From Thermoplasmatales archaeon SW_10_69_26 (GTDB taxonomy: Archaea > Thermoplasmatota > SW-10-69-26): DNA of 61,756 nt. The stretch spans positions 1 to 61,756 of the forward strand of contig PXUB01000004.1 in NCBI GenBank assembly GCA_003009755.1, read 5' to 3'. The notes beneath the pieces are model-generated. The model had not been told where the DNA came from, ran no database searches, and saw only the letters and a program-made list of their open reading frames with translations. Positions 18,853-28,369 of this stretch are shown in pieces (within the stretch, counting starts at the first letter, position 1; every line of letters begins with the position of its first letter). The position numbers and the translations under genes were made by a program.

Positions 18853-19782
18853 GTGCCCGACGACCACGAGGAGCTGTCGCCGCCGCCCGGCCAAGACGAG
18901 CCCAGCCCCGCAGGGCCGGCCGGCGACCCCGACAGCGTCGTCCCGGCCACCGAGGCGCAGAAGGAGCAGGCCAAGCGCCAGTTCGAGCTCAAGATGCGCG
19001 TGCGGGAGACGCTGGACGACATCGATCAGACGATCTGCATCATGAGCGGCAAGGGCGGGGTTGGCAAGTCGACCCTCGCGGTCAACCTCGCCGTCGCCTT
19101 CGCGCAAGCCGGCCTGGATACCGGGTTGGGCGATTTCGACTTCACCAACCCGAACGATCCCACGATGTTGGGCCTCTCCGGCGAGCACATGGAGGCCTAC
19201 GACGAGGATCTGGTCAAGCCCAAGCAGGCGCGGGACAACCTGCGCATGGTGTCGACGGGGTTCCTCGTGGAGGGCGAGGCCCCGATCGCCTGGCGAGGCC
19301 CGATCAAGATGGGCGTGATGCGGCAGTTCCTCGCCGACCTCAAGTGGGATCACCTGGACGTGTTCGTCGTCGACCTGCCCCCGGGGACGAGCGACGAGGC
19401 GTTGAGCGTGGCGCAGACGTTCCCGAGCGGGACGCCGTGCATCATCGTCACCACGCCGCAGGAGACCTCGGCGGAGAACGTCCGCCAGAACGTGGAGTTC
19501 TGTGAGAAGAACGGCCTGGAGGTCGTCGGCGTCGTCGAGAACTTCGCCGGCATGCGGTGCCCCAGCTGTGGCGACCACGTCGAGGCCTTCCCCGGCGACG
19601 GCGGCGATCGGTTGGCGCGCGAGGCCGGCACCGAGGTCCTGACCCGCCTGCCGTTGGTGCCGGCCATCTCGCAGGCCCAGGACGAGGGCACGCCCGCCGT
19701 CGAGATGGAGCCGTCCAACGCGGCCGGCGACCGGCTCGTCGAGCTGGCGGACGATCTGCAGGACCGCGTGCTGGCCAACTGA
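18853..19782 (+). CDS. Mrp/NBP35 family Fe-S cluster carrier ATPase
   Basis: SGKGGVGKST, WRGP, DLPPGTSD, VTTPQ and GVVEN...CPSC motifs. Confidence 0.92.
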   Translation: MPDDHEELSPPPGQDEPSPAGPAGDPDSVVPATEAQKEQAKRQFELKMRVRETLDDIDQTICIMSGKGGVGKSTLAVNLAVAFAQAGLDTGLGDFDFTNPNDPTMLGLSGEHMEAYDEDLVKPKQARDNLRMVSTGFLVEGEAPIAWRGPIKMGVMRQFLADLKWDHLDVFVVDLPPGTSDEALSVAQTFPSGTPCIIVTTPQETSAENVRQNVEFCEKNGLEVVGVVENFAGMRCPSCGDHVEAFPGDGGDRLAREAGTEVLTRLPLVPAISQAQDEGTPAVEMEPSNAAGDRLVELADDLQDRVLAN

Positions 19783-19833
19783 TCCAGGCCCCTTCACGAA
19801 CGCTTTTGACGGGGGCAGCGACTGGAGAGGACG

Positions 19834-21222
19834 ATGCAGCTCCGGCGCTGTCTCGTGATCGGGGCGCTGGTCGCCTTGGTCGTGGGGCTCGGCCCCGCCG
19901 CCTGGAGCCAGCAGGTCCCCCAGGCGACCTGCCTGGACTGCCACGAGGGGGAGGGCATGGAGTACGCTGTCGTCACCTCCACGCCCTTCATCGAGATCCC
20001 GGCCGGGAACACGACCGAGTACGACGTGACGGTCGCCAACCCGTGGCTGCACGACATCGCGAGCTCGCTCGTCACGGTCAACCTCACCGAAGCGCCGGGG
20101 TTGTCCTTCGACAAGCCGGACGACATCTCCCGCAACGAGTCGATGGAGGTCCCGCCCGGCGAGGCACGGAACGTCAGCTTCCCGGTGCAGGCGGGCGCGA
20201 CGGCGGTCGTCGCGACGATGACGCAGACCGAGGACGTCAGCGAACGCGGGGCCAACGACGTCGACAGCCGCCTGGTGTTGCCGGACGGGACGGTCGTCGG
20301 TGCCGGGCACGACGGGATCGACTCCGGCGATCCTGCGGGTCTGAACCTGCCCGAGCGCGAGCCCTCGAAGGCCAACACGGTCGAGCGGATCATCGTGCGC
20401 GACGACCGGTTGGCCACGACCGGGGGCTGGAACTTCACGATGGAGCGCGTCGGCGGTGACGGGACCGATCCCGTCGAGGCGCAGGTCGACGTGTACTACA
20501 ACGCGACGCCGACCCAGTCCCAGCGCATCACGGACACGATCGGCCCCAACGCGGCCGATAGCGCCACCTTCGACATCAAGGGCAGCCAGGAAGGCGAGGC
20601 GACGATCACGTACACGGTCACCGTGACCGACTACTACGAGCATCCCGACGGCGTGCAGTCCCAAGACGAGGGCAACGCGACCCTCGAGGGTGAGCGTACG
20701 TTCACCGTCGGCCAGACGCTCGAGACCGGCGATGCCGGGCCTGCGGTCCCGCCCGAGCCGCCGATCAACTGGATCTTGAACGCCCGCATCTGGGGCGAGG
20801 CCACCGGCTTCATCGGCCTGTTCTTGATCCCGTTCTCGCTCGTTCTCGGTGGCGCGTTCGGCCGCAAGAACGTCTTGTGGATGAACAAGATCACGCAGTC
20901 GGCGCGTCTGCGTGTTCTGTGGCACAACGCGCTGTCGTTCATCCTGCTCGGGGTCTCGATCATCCACCTGATCTTGTTCCTGATCGAGCCGGTGTACAGC
21001 TGGAGCGTCGGCTTCGTGTGGGGCGGGACCGCCAGCCTGGCCCTCGTCGGCTTGGGGATCACCGGCGCCTACCAGCGGAGGATCGCTCGCGAGATCGGGT
21101 ACGCGAAGTGGAGACTGTTGCACATCGCGATGGCGACGACGTTCGTGGCCGCGACGATGGCGCACGTGCTCATCGACGGCGCCCACTTCGACTTCCTGCG
21201 GAACGCGATCGGGCTGAACTGA
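19834..21222 (+). CDS. Exported protein with an N-terminal CxxCH heme-c motif, beta-rich linker domains and a C-terminal cytochrome b / ferric-reductase-like membrane domain
   Basis: Signal peptide then CLDCH; four C-terminal TM helices carrying His residues (WHNALS, IIHL, LLHIA, MAHV). Confidence 0.7.
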   Translation: MQLRRCLVIGALVALVVGLGPAAWSQQVPQATCLDCHEGEGMEYAVVTSTPFIEIPAGNTTEYDVTVANPWLHDIASSLVTVNLTEAPGLSFDKPDDISRNESMEVPPGEARNVSFPVQAGATAVVATMTQTEDVSERGANDVDSRLVLPDGTVVGAGHDGIDSGDPAGLNLPEREPSKANTVERIIVRDDRLATTGGWNFTMERVGGDGTDPVEAQVDVYYNATPTQSQRITDTIGPNAADSATFDIKGSQEGEATITYTVTVTDYYEHPDGVQSQDEGNATLEGERTFTVGQTLETGDAGPAVPPEPPINWILNARIWGEATGFIGLFLIPFSLVLGGAFGRKNVLWMNKITQSARLRVLWHNALSFILLGVSIIHLILFLIEPVYSWSVGFVWGGTASLALVGLGITGAYQRRIAREIGYAKWRLLHIAMATTFVAATMAHVLIDGAHFDFLRNAIGLN

Positions 21223-21276
21223 GGGGCGATCTGGGGCCCGTGACCCCGTGCGGCAGCGTCTCCCCCCACCACAGGG

Positions 21277-21283
21277 TTAAATA
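21277..21283 (+). promoter_or_regulatory. TATA box of the ribosomal protein cluster
   Basis: TTAAATA ~40 nt upstream of rps19e; GGAGG RBS before the GTG start. Confidence 0.55.
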
Positions 21284-21321
21284 GGAGTCCTTGAGTAGCT
21301 CGTCATCCCTGGAGGACCAGC

Positions 21322-21777
21322 GTGACCACCGTCTACGACGTTCCCGCTCAGCCGCTCATCGAACGGATCTCCTCCGAGATGGAGGACGAGGACGCCGTCG
21401 AGCCCCCAGAGTGGACGCCCTTCGTCCGCACGGGCGCTCACAAGGAACGGCCCCCCGAGCAGGAGGGCTGGTGGTTCACGCGGACCGCGGCTGTCCTCCG
21501 CAAGGTGTACCTGGAAGGCCCGATCGGCACCGAGCGCCTGTCCACCCACTTCGGCGGCAAGCGACGGTCTGGGTCCTCCCCGCACCACGCCGTGAAGGGA
21601 AGCCGCAGCATCATCCGAACCATCCTCCAACAGCTCGAGGAGGCTGACCTGGTCGAACAGACGGAAGGTCAATCGGGCCGTACGGTGACGCCCGAAGGCC
21701 AAAGCTTCTTGGACAACCTGGCACACGATGTGCAACAGGACCTGGCCGACGACCGTCCCGAACTGGCCAAGTACTAG
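21322..21777 (+). CDS. rps19e: 30S ribosomal protein S19e
   Basis: TTVYDVPA, PEW..FVRTG.HKERPP, WWFTR.A..LRKVY and SIIRTILQQLE motifs. Confidence 0.97.
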   Translation: MTTVYDVPAQPLIERISSEMEDEDAVEPPEWTPFVRTGAHKERPPEQEGWWFTRTAAVLRKVYLEGPIGTERLSTHFGGKRRSGSSPHHAVKGSRSIIRTILQQLEEADLVEQTEGQSGRTVTPEGQSFLDNLAHDVQQDLADDRPELAKY

Positions 21778-21787
21778 GTGAGCGACA

Positions 21788-22120
21788 ATGGATGAGGACG
21801 CCGACCTGGACGAGCTCCGAGAACGCAAGCGTCGCCAGCTCGAGAAGAAGGCTCAGCAGGAGGAAGCTGAGCAGGCTCGCCAAGAGCAGGCCGACATGCA
21901 GAAGAAAGCGATCCTCCGCAAGGTGCTCGACTCCGACGCCCGTGAACGCCTGGAACGGATCCGGATGGCCCGGCCCGACAAGGCCGACCGGATCGAGAAG
22001 CAGCTGATCCAGCTGGCCGCTTCCGGCCGCATCCAGCAGAAGATCACGGACGAGCAGCTCAAGGAGATCCTCGCCAAGTCGCAGTCCGGGAGCCGAGACA
22101 TCAACATCGAGCGACGGTGA
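21788..22120 (+). CDS. PDCD5-family DNA-binding protein
   Basis: ILRKVLD.DARERL.RIRMARP...IEKQLIQLA; canonical position after S19e. Confidence 0.93.
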   Translation: MDEDADLDELRERKRRQLEKKAQQEEAEQARQEQADMQKKAILRKVLDSDARERLERIRMARPDKADRIEKQLIQLAASGRIQQKITDEQLKEILAKSQSGSRDINIERR

Positions 22121-22125
22121 TCGAC

Positions 22126-22281
22126 GTGGGCAAGAAGACTCTCGCCAAGAAGAAACGCCTCGCCAAAGCACAGAAACGCAACCGCCGCGTGCCCGCCTGG
22201 GTCGTCATGAAGACGGACCGCGAGTTCACCCAGCACCCCAAACGGCACAACTGGCGGCGAAGCAACCTCCAGAAGGAGTAA
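22126..22281 (+). CDS. rpl39e: 50S ribosomal protein L39e
   Basis: Translated by hand: [51 protein letters not shown]; too short for the ORF track. Confidence 0.95.
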   Translation: MGKKTLAKKKRLAKAQKRNRRVPAWVVMKTDREFTQHPKRHNWRRSNLQKE

Positions 22282-22287
22282 CCTGCC

Positions 22288-22563
22288 TTGGCTGAGGACG
22301 AGTACCAAGAGCGGGTCTACACGATCCCGCTGCGATCCCGTACGCAACAGGTCCCCCAAACCAAGCGCGCCCCGCGTGCCCTGGAGGCGGTCAAGGAGTT
22401 CGTCGCCCGCCACCTCAAGGCCGACGAGGCCGACGTCTGGATCGACGACCCCGTCAACGACCGGATCTGGTCGAACGGGCGTGAGCAGCCGCCCGCGAAG
22501 CTCCGGGTCCGGGCGATCCGCTTCGAGGACGGCGTCGTCGAGGTCTCCCTCCCCGAGGAGTGA
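22288..22563 (+). CDS. rpl31e: 50S ribosomal protein L31e
   Basis: ERVYTIPLR, KRAPRA, FVARH, VN..IW..G...PP.KLRV motifs. Confidence 0.95.
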   Translation: MAEDEYQERVYTIPLRSRTQQVPQTKRAPRALEAVKEFVARHLKADEADVWIDDPVNDRIWSNGREQPPAKLRVRAIRFEDGVVEVSLPEE

Positions 22564-22591
22564 CGGGGATCCGCGGGCCAGGTGGCGTCTG

Positions 22592-23257
22592 TTGCTGATC
22601 CAAACCGAGTTCCAAGGTCGGGAGAGCCTTGGTGTCTACTGCCGCTCCACCGACGACCGCTGCCTGATCCCGCCGAACGTCTCTGACTCGATCCTCGAGG
22701 AAGCCGAGGACGCGCTGGAGGTCCCCGTGGACACCGTCACGGTGGGCGGGACGAGCATCCTCGGCGCGTTGACCGCGATGAACAGCAACGGTATCCTCGT
22801 CGCGGACATCATCTCCGAGCGTGAGCGCACCCGACTCGAGGACGCCGGCTTGGCCGTCGGCGAGCTCGGCGGCGTGGTGAACGCCGCCGGCAACGCGGTG
22901 CTATGCAACGATCACGGGGCGATCGTCGACCCCCGATGCCCGAGCGACCTGCTGGACACCATCGAGGAGACGCTGGACGTCCCCGTCGAGATCGGGACCG
23001 TGGGCGGCGTCCGTACCCCGGCCGCCGCGTCGCTGGTGACCAACGAGGGCGCGCTCGTGCATCCCAAGGCCACCGAGGCCGAGATCGCGACGGTCGAGGA
23101 GCTGCTCGACGTAGCCTCGATGCCGGGCACCGTGAACCACGGCTCGCCCTACGTTGGCTCCGGCGTCGTCGCCAACAGCCACGGCGCCCTCATCGGTACG
23201 ACGACGACGGGTCCCGAGCTCAACCGGCTCGAGGACGCACTGGGGTACCTCGACTGA
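22592..23257 (+). CDS. eif6: Translation initiation factor 6 (aIF6)
   Basis: LGVY, ILGAL..MNSNG, GNAVLCNDHGA, GTVNHGSPYVGSG and TTGPEL.RLEDAL motifs; follows L31e. Confidence 0.95.
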   Translation: MLIQTEFQGRESLGVYCRSTDDRCLIPPNVSDSILEEAEDALEVPVDTVTVGGTSILGALTAMNSNGILVADIISERERTRLEDAGLAVGELGGVVNAAGNAVLCNDHGAIVDPRCPSDLLDTIEETLDVPVEIGTVGGVRTPAAASLVTNEGALVHPKATEAEIATVEELLDVASMPGTVNHGSPYVGSGVVANSHGALIGTTTTGPELNRLEDALGYLD

Positions 23258-23324
23258 GCCTCGGGCTCGATGCCTCAACCGTGAGCCAAGAAGAACCAAG
23301 TACCCCCCAGCGTACGGGTTGGTG

Positions 23325-24461
23325 ATGCGGAGGCTCGCCCTCGCTGTTGGGATCGTAGCGATCGCCGTTGGACTCGCCGGCTGCATCGGAGGCAGCGGCG
23401 ACGAGACGGACGCCCAGACGCAGTCCGTACCCGAGGATCCTAGCGAACCCACGATCGACGATCCCAACGTCTCGTTCTCGGACGACGACCAGCTGTACGC
23501 GTTCCCCCACGAGGAGGTGCACGAGACGCGGTTCGAGAACGGCAGCTTCTCGCCGGCTACGTGCTTCACGTGCCCAAGCAGCGAGCAGCGGATCGACGTC
23601 ACCTCCATGCTGGCCGCCGAGGGCCCCTCCTTCCTGCAGGTGACCGTCAACCAGTCCGCCCGCGTGATCTCGGGCGTCACGGTCTCGATCGAGGCCGACG
23701 GCGCCGAGGTGTACGAGGCCAACAGCAGCTCCCGGGAGGCCAGCGCGGTCGTGGCCCCCCAGGGCGGCACCGTCGAGGTCGTCGTCGAGAACCTGTTGCC
23801 CGACGCCAGCGCCGAGAACGCCTACGAGTTGCGCATCCAGGTGGACGCCAACCGGACCCTGGTCGGCGACGACGTGCCGGTGGAAGTGGCCGCGCCCCAG
23901 GATCCGCCCGGTCTGGTCGTCGAACCCGAGGACCTCGAGGGCGAGGCGCGCCTGATGGTGTGGGGTGGCGACGACGGGTTCCTGGGCCACTACCCGATCG
24001 ACGGGCGGACGACGATCAACGTCACGGAGGCTGCAAGCGGTCCGCTGGTCGTCTACCTCGCCGGAGCAGAGGGCCTGGTCTCCCTGGCGCCGGTGAACGC
24101 CTCCGCCACGGACGCCAGCCTGCGTGGGCTGGGCACCTCGTCCCAGGAGGCCGTGACGGACATCGCCAGCGGCGAGGTCCAGGTCGTCGCCGAGCCGGAC
24201 GTGGTCCCGATCCAGGCCGGTCTGTTCATCCAAGGTCAACAGGAGGCGGGAACCGAGTACGCCGGCCAGCTCACCAACGGGGACGGCACGCTGGTCGACT
24301 TCGAGTCCGGCGGCTACTACACCGGGAACGGCGCGCGCTTCGAGTTCCCCGGCGAGCGTGGAGACGCCGACCTGGGGCCCGGCGAGTACGTGGGCACGTT
24401 CCAGTTCTCGCAGGCGACCGGCGGCGAGGCCGGCGTGACGTGGATCACCTACGAGCGGTAG
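23325..24461 (+). CDS. Hypothetical lipoprotein
   Basis: MRRLALAVGIVAIAVGLAGC lipobox; contains CFTC; beta-rich. Confidence 0.75.
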   Translation: MRRLALAVGIVAIAVGLAGCIGGSGDETDAQTQSVPEDPSEPTIDDPNVSFSDDDQLYAFPHEEVHETRFENGSFSPATCFTCPSSEQRIDVTSMLAAEGPSFLQVTVNQSARVISGVTVSIEADGAEVYEANSSSREASAVVAPQGGTVEVVVENLLPDASAENAYELRIQVDANRTLVGDDVPVEVAAPQDPPGLVVEPEDLEGEARLMVWGGDDGFLGHYPIDGRTTINVTEAASGPLVVYLAGAEGLVSLAPVNASATDASLRGLGTSSQEAVTDIASGEVQVVAEPDVVPIQAGLFIQGQQEAGTEYAGQLTNGDGTLVDFESGGYYTGNGARFEFPGERGDADLGPGEYVGTFQFSQATGGEAGVTWITYER

Positions 24462-24509
24462 GGCCCAGGCTGGCCAACGAGCAGGTGCGGTCCCGCGAGG
24501 TGACCGGGG

Positions 24510-25343
24510 TCAGTCGAGGCCGAGCAGGTTCTTGACCTTCGTTTTGAGGCCCTCGGCCTTGGGGAGCAGCTCCTTGTCGCGGATCTCCTCGACGCGGACG
24601 CGGACCTCGCGGGCGCCCTCCTCGGCCTGGTCGGCGGCCTCGTCGAGCTTGTTCTTGAACACCGGCAGGCCCGCCTGGATCTGCCCCTCGATGCGGACGA
24701 GCGCGTCGTCGGCGGCTTCTCGCAGCACGACGACGTTGCCCTGCACGTCCTCGAGGAAGGCCTCGGCGTCCTCGCGGGCCTTCAGCGGTAGGATGCGGGC
24801 CTCAGCCAGCACCTCGTCCTCGAACTTGACGCGGGCGTCCGTGATGCCCTCCTCGAGAACGACGCGAGCCTCCGACAGGCGCTTGGCGACCTCGTCGCTG
24901 GCCTCGAGCGTGCTCTCTTGGATGCGCTCGGCGGACTCCACGACGCCGGGCTTGCCCGGGTCCATGTCCTCGAGCGTCTCCTCCACCTCGGCTCGGACAT
25001 CCGAGCCTGCGACGGCATCCTGCCAGGCCTCCACGCGGTCGGCGTCGACGCCGGCCGCGGCCGCGATCTCCATCGGATCCTCGGCTTGGAGGCTCTCCGG
25101 GGCGCGGATCCCGGCGTCGACGAGTCGCTCGAGGTCCTCATCGGAGACGTCCTCGAGGTCGGCCAGGGCGATGATGCCGCGGGCTTGGTCGACGAAGTCC
25201 TCGAGCGTGGCCTCGGGGATGTCGACGTGGTCGGCCAGCTCGTCGGCGTCGGCCGCCGCCAGGGCGGGGATCTCGGCGATCCCGGCCTCGGTGAGCTTGT
25301 CCTGGCGGGCGGGGCCCAGTCCCTTGAGGGCCGTGAGGTCCAT
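24510..25343 (-). CDS. Helix-hairpin-helix domain protein with a helical C-terminus
   Basis: LKGLGPARQDKL.EAGI and a second repeat LEDVS..LVDAGI; amphipathic C-terminal helices. Confidence 0.75.
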   Translation of the reverse strand: MDLTALKGLGPARQDKLTEAGIAEIPALAAADADELADHVDIPEATLEDFVDQARGIIALADLEDVSDEDLERLVDAGIRAPESLQAEDPMEIAAAAGVDADRVEAWQDAVAGSDVRAEVEETLEDMDPGKPGVVESAERIQESTLEASDEVAKRLSEARVVLEEGITDARVKFEDEVLAEARILPLKAREDAEAFLEDVQGNVVVLREAADDALVRIEGQIQAGLPVFKNKLDEAADQAEEGAREVRVRVEEIRDKELLPKAEGLKTKVKNLLGLD

Positions 25344-25410
25344 GCGCGGTTATCGGGGACGCCGGCTTTAGTCCTTCCCAACCCTGGGGGCGAGGGCTGG
25401 GTCGAAGAAG

Positions 25411-25497
25411 CGCCGGGGAGGAGATTCGAACTCCTGTGGGCTGTAACGCCCAGTGGCTCTCGAAGCCACCGCCTTGCCCGGGCTAGGCTACCCCGGC
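25411..25497 (-). tRNA. tRNA-Ser(CGA)
   Basis: Minus strand: acceptor stem GCCGGGG/CCCCGGC, anticodon arm GTGGC-TTCGAGA-GCCAC, long variable arm, T-arm GGAG-TTCGAAT-CTCC, G discriminator; no intron and no encoded CCA. Confidence 0.95.
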
Positions 25498-25570
25498 GTT
25501 CCGCGGGACGGTCCCGCGATGCGAGCGATGGGGGCCTCTCCGTTAAGGGTTTCGTTGACGGGTGGCCGGG

Positions 25571-27856
25571 TCAGCGCCGGTCGCGCACGTCCTCGAGGAT
25601 CAACCGCTGTTCGGAGCGGGCCACGGTCTCGCGCACGCGGTCGACGGCGTCGATGTTGGCGGAGATGCTGGAGATCCCCCATTCGACGAGCTTCTCGGCG
25701 AAGTCGGGGTCCGAGCCGGCTTGCCCGCAGATCGAGGTGGCGACGTCGTGGTCGTTGCAGACGTCGATCACGTGCTCGATCAGGCGGCCGACGCCGGAGT
25801 GGAACTCGTCGAAGAGGTTGGCGACGTTGCCGTTGTTGCGGTCGACGGCGAGCGTGTACTGGGTGAGGTCGTTGGTGCCGAAGCTGACGAAGTCGAGCCC
25901 TTCCTCGACGAACTCGTCGATGATGAGCGCGGAGGCCGGCGTCTCGATCATGATGCCGAACGAGACGTCGGGGTCCTCGGGGTCGAGCCCGACGTCGCGG
26001 GCGATCTGTTTGGCCTCGCGCAGCTCGCTGGGGTGCTGGACGAGGGGGAGCATGACGCCGATGTTCTCGTAGCCGTCGGCGCGCAGGCGACGGATCGCCT
26101 CGAACTGGGCGCGCAGGAGCTCGGGTTGGCCCAGGTCGCGGCGGATGCCGCGCCAGCCGAGCATCGGGTTGGCTTCGTCGGGTTCGTCGTCGCCGCCGGG
26201 CAGTTGGCGGAACTCGTCGGTTGGGGCATCGAGCGTGCGGACCCAGACGGGCCGGGGTTGGAAAGCGTCGGCGACGCCGCGGATGTCCTCGGCGAGGTGG
26301 TCGGCGAAGGCGTCGGTGCCCTCCTCGTCGATGACGGTCATGGGGTGGCGGCCGAGGCCGAGCACGATGTGCTCGACGCGGAGCAGGCCGACCCCGTCGG
26401 CGTCGGTGGCGCGAGCGCGGTCGGTGGCCTCGGGCATGGAGATGTTGACCTTGACCTCGGTCGCGGTCGGCACGCGGGCGGGACCGGCGGCCTGGGTTGG
26501 GGTGGTCTCGGTCGGGGTCTCGTCGGTCTCGCTGGTCTGCTGGATGCCGGCTTCGACGCTGCCGCGGTCGCCGTCGACGGTGACCTGTTGGCCCTCGGAG
26601 AGGACCGAGGTGGCGTCCTTGGCGCCGACGACGCAGGGGACGCCCAGCTCGCGGCCGACGATCGCTGCGTGGCAGGTCATGCCGCCTTCGTCGGTGACGA
26701 TCGCGGTGGCGCGGCGCATCGCGGGCACCATGTCGGGCGTCGTCATCGAGGTGACGAGGACGTCGCCTTCCTCGCATCGGTCGAGCTCGTCGGAGGAGTC
26801 CAGCCGGGCCACGGGGCCCGCGCCGGTTCCAGGCGAGGCGCCCAGGCCCTCGATCAGCAGCTCGGTGTCCTGGGTCGGGCTGGTGGTGTCGTTCATGGTT
26901 TCCGGTTCCTTGATCGTGGTCACGGGCCGGGTCTGGAGGACGAACAGCTCGCCCTCCTCCCAGGCCCACTCGACGTCTTGGGGTTCGCCGTAGTGGTCCT
27001 CGAGCGTGCGGGCGAGCCCGGCCAGTCGGTCGAGGTGGGTCTCGTCGAGCACGCGGTCGTCGGCGCGGCCGTCGGTCGTGCGCTCGAGGGTGCCCTGGCC
27101 GTCGTCGGCGCGCACGATCTCGGTGTCCTTGGTCGCGATCGTGGCGTCCTGGACGGTGCCTTCGCGGCTGAGCACGTAGTTGTCGGGGCTCACGCGCCCG
27201 CTGACGACGCCCTCGCCCAGGCCCCAGGCAGCCTCGACGATGATGCGGTCGTCGCCGGTCGTCGGGTGGCGGGTGAACAGGACGCCGGCGCGGTCGGCGT
27301 CGACCATGCGCTGGACGACGACGCCCATCCGCACCTTCTCGTGCGGGAAGTCGTTCTTCACGCGGTAGTAGATCGCTCGCGGGGTGAACAGGGAGGCCCA
27401 GCACTCCTGCACGCGTCGGACGACCTCGTCGGGACCGTCGACGTGGAGGAAGGTCTCCTGTTGGCCGGCGAAGCTGGCCTCGGGCAGGTCCTCGGCGGTG
27501 GCCGAGGAGCGGATCGCCACGTCGGCGTCGCCGTCCTCCTCGAGCCGGTCGTAGGCGTCCACGATGTCCGAGCGGATGCGCTCGGGGACCTCGCGGTCGA
27601 GGATCAGCTGCTGCACGCGGTCGGCGGCGTCGGCGAGCGCGTCGTTGTCGTCCACGTCGACGTCCGAGAGCAGGCCGTCGATCTTCTCGCCGATCCCGGC
27701 CTCCTCGATGAAGGCGGCGTAAGCGCCGCTCGTGACGAAGAAGGCGGTCGGGACGGGTAGCCCGACGCTCATCATCTCGGCGAGGTTGGCTCCCTTGCCG
27801 CCGATCCGTTCGAGCGCGTCCTCGCCGGTGTCGCTGGCCCAGGCTACGTAACTCAT
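25571..27856 (-). CDS. ppsA: Phosphoenolpyruvate synthase
   Basis: GGKGANLAEM, RSSATAEDL..ASFAGQQ, GGMTCHAAIV, GVGLLR.E, NPMLGWRG, SFGTNDLTQ and SICGQA motifs. Confidence 0.96.
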   Translation of the reverse strand: MSYVAWASDTGEDALERIGGKGANLAEMMSVGLPVPTAFFVTSGAYAAFIEEAGIGEKIDGLLSDVDVDDNDALADAADRVQQLILDREVPERIRSDIVDAYDRLEEDGDADVAIRSSATAEDLPEASFAGQQETFLHVDGPDEVVRRVQECWASLFTPRAIYYRVKNDFPHEKVRMGVVVQRMVDADRAGVLFTRHPTTGDDRIIVEAAWGLGEGVVSGRVSPDNYVLSREGTVQDATIATKDTEIVRADDGQGTLERTTDGRADDRVLDETHLDRLAGLARTLEDHYGEPQDVEWAWEEGELFVLQTRPVTTIKEPETMNDTTSPTQDTELLIEGLGASPGTGAGPVARLDSSDELDRCEEGDVLVTSMTTPDMVPAMRRATAIVTDEGGMTCHAAIVGRELGVPCVVGAKDATSVLSEGQQVTVDGDRGSVEAGIQQTSETDETPTETTPTQAAGPARVPTATEVKVNISMPEATDRARATDADGVGLLRVEHIVLGLGRHPMTVIDEEGTDAFADHLAEDIRGVADAFQPRPVWVRTLDAPTDEFRQLPGGDDEPDEANPMLGWRGIRRDLGQPELLRAQFEAIRRLRADGYENIGVMLPLVQHPSELREAKQIARDVGLDPEDPDVSFGIMIETPASALIIDEFVEEGLDFVSFGTNDLTQYTLAVDRNNGNVANLFDEFHSGVGRLIEHVIDVCNDHDVATSICGQAGSDPDFAEKLVEWGISSISANIDAVDRVRETVARSEQRLILEDVRDRR

Positions 27857-28287
27857 CTGGATGATCCTCCGTCTGCGTCCGCGTCGACCCCTTCGAGGAG
27901 GGATTCCCGCTTGGCGCGGTACTGGGAGACCGCCTCGGCGGCGATGGCTTCCGTCTCCTCGGGGGTGAGGTCCAGGGCGCGACCTGCGGCGTCGAACCCG
28001 CCGGGGTCGGGTGTCGAGGTGGCCTTCTCCGAGCGGGCGGTGGCCTGGCGGACGTGGTGTGCCAAGGCCATCACACGCGCGAACCGATCGACGACGCCGA
28101 GCGTCGGGTTCGATTGTCCGGATTCGATGCGGGAGAGGGACTCGCGGCGCACGCCCAACCGTGGCGCTAGCCAGGATTGGGTGAAGCCGTGGTGTTCGCG
28201 GGTCGAGCGGATCACGTCGCCGGCGCCGTCGCCGACGACGACCTCTCCGGCGAGCTCGACCGCGACGCTCCGGACCCCATCACTCAT
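27853..28287 (-). CDS. XRE-family HTH transcriptional regulator coupled to ppsA
   Basis: ELAGEVV, R..HGFTQ..LA..LGVRRESLSRIESG..NP; ATGA overlap with ppsA. Confidence 0.85.
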   Translation of the reverse strand: MSDGVRSVAVELAGEVVVGDGAGDVIRSTREHHGFTQSWLAPRLGVRRESLSRIESGQSNPTLGVVDRFARVMALAHHVRQATARSEKATSTPDPGGFDAAGRALDLTPEETEAIAAEAVSQYRAKRESLLEGVDADADGGSSR

Positions 28288-28369
28288 GTGATGCTGACCC
28301 CACAAACATCCTCCCCGCCATAAGCGTTGCCGCCAGGGTAGAGGCCTTTGTGAGGTTCACCTAACGCAG

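Noticed and set aside
25411-25497. tRNA-Ser as an integration site or intron-containing tRNA
   Set aside because: No integrase, no duplicated tRNA 3' end and a normal 7-nt anticodon loop
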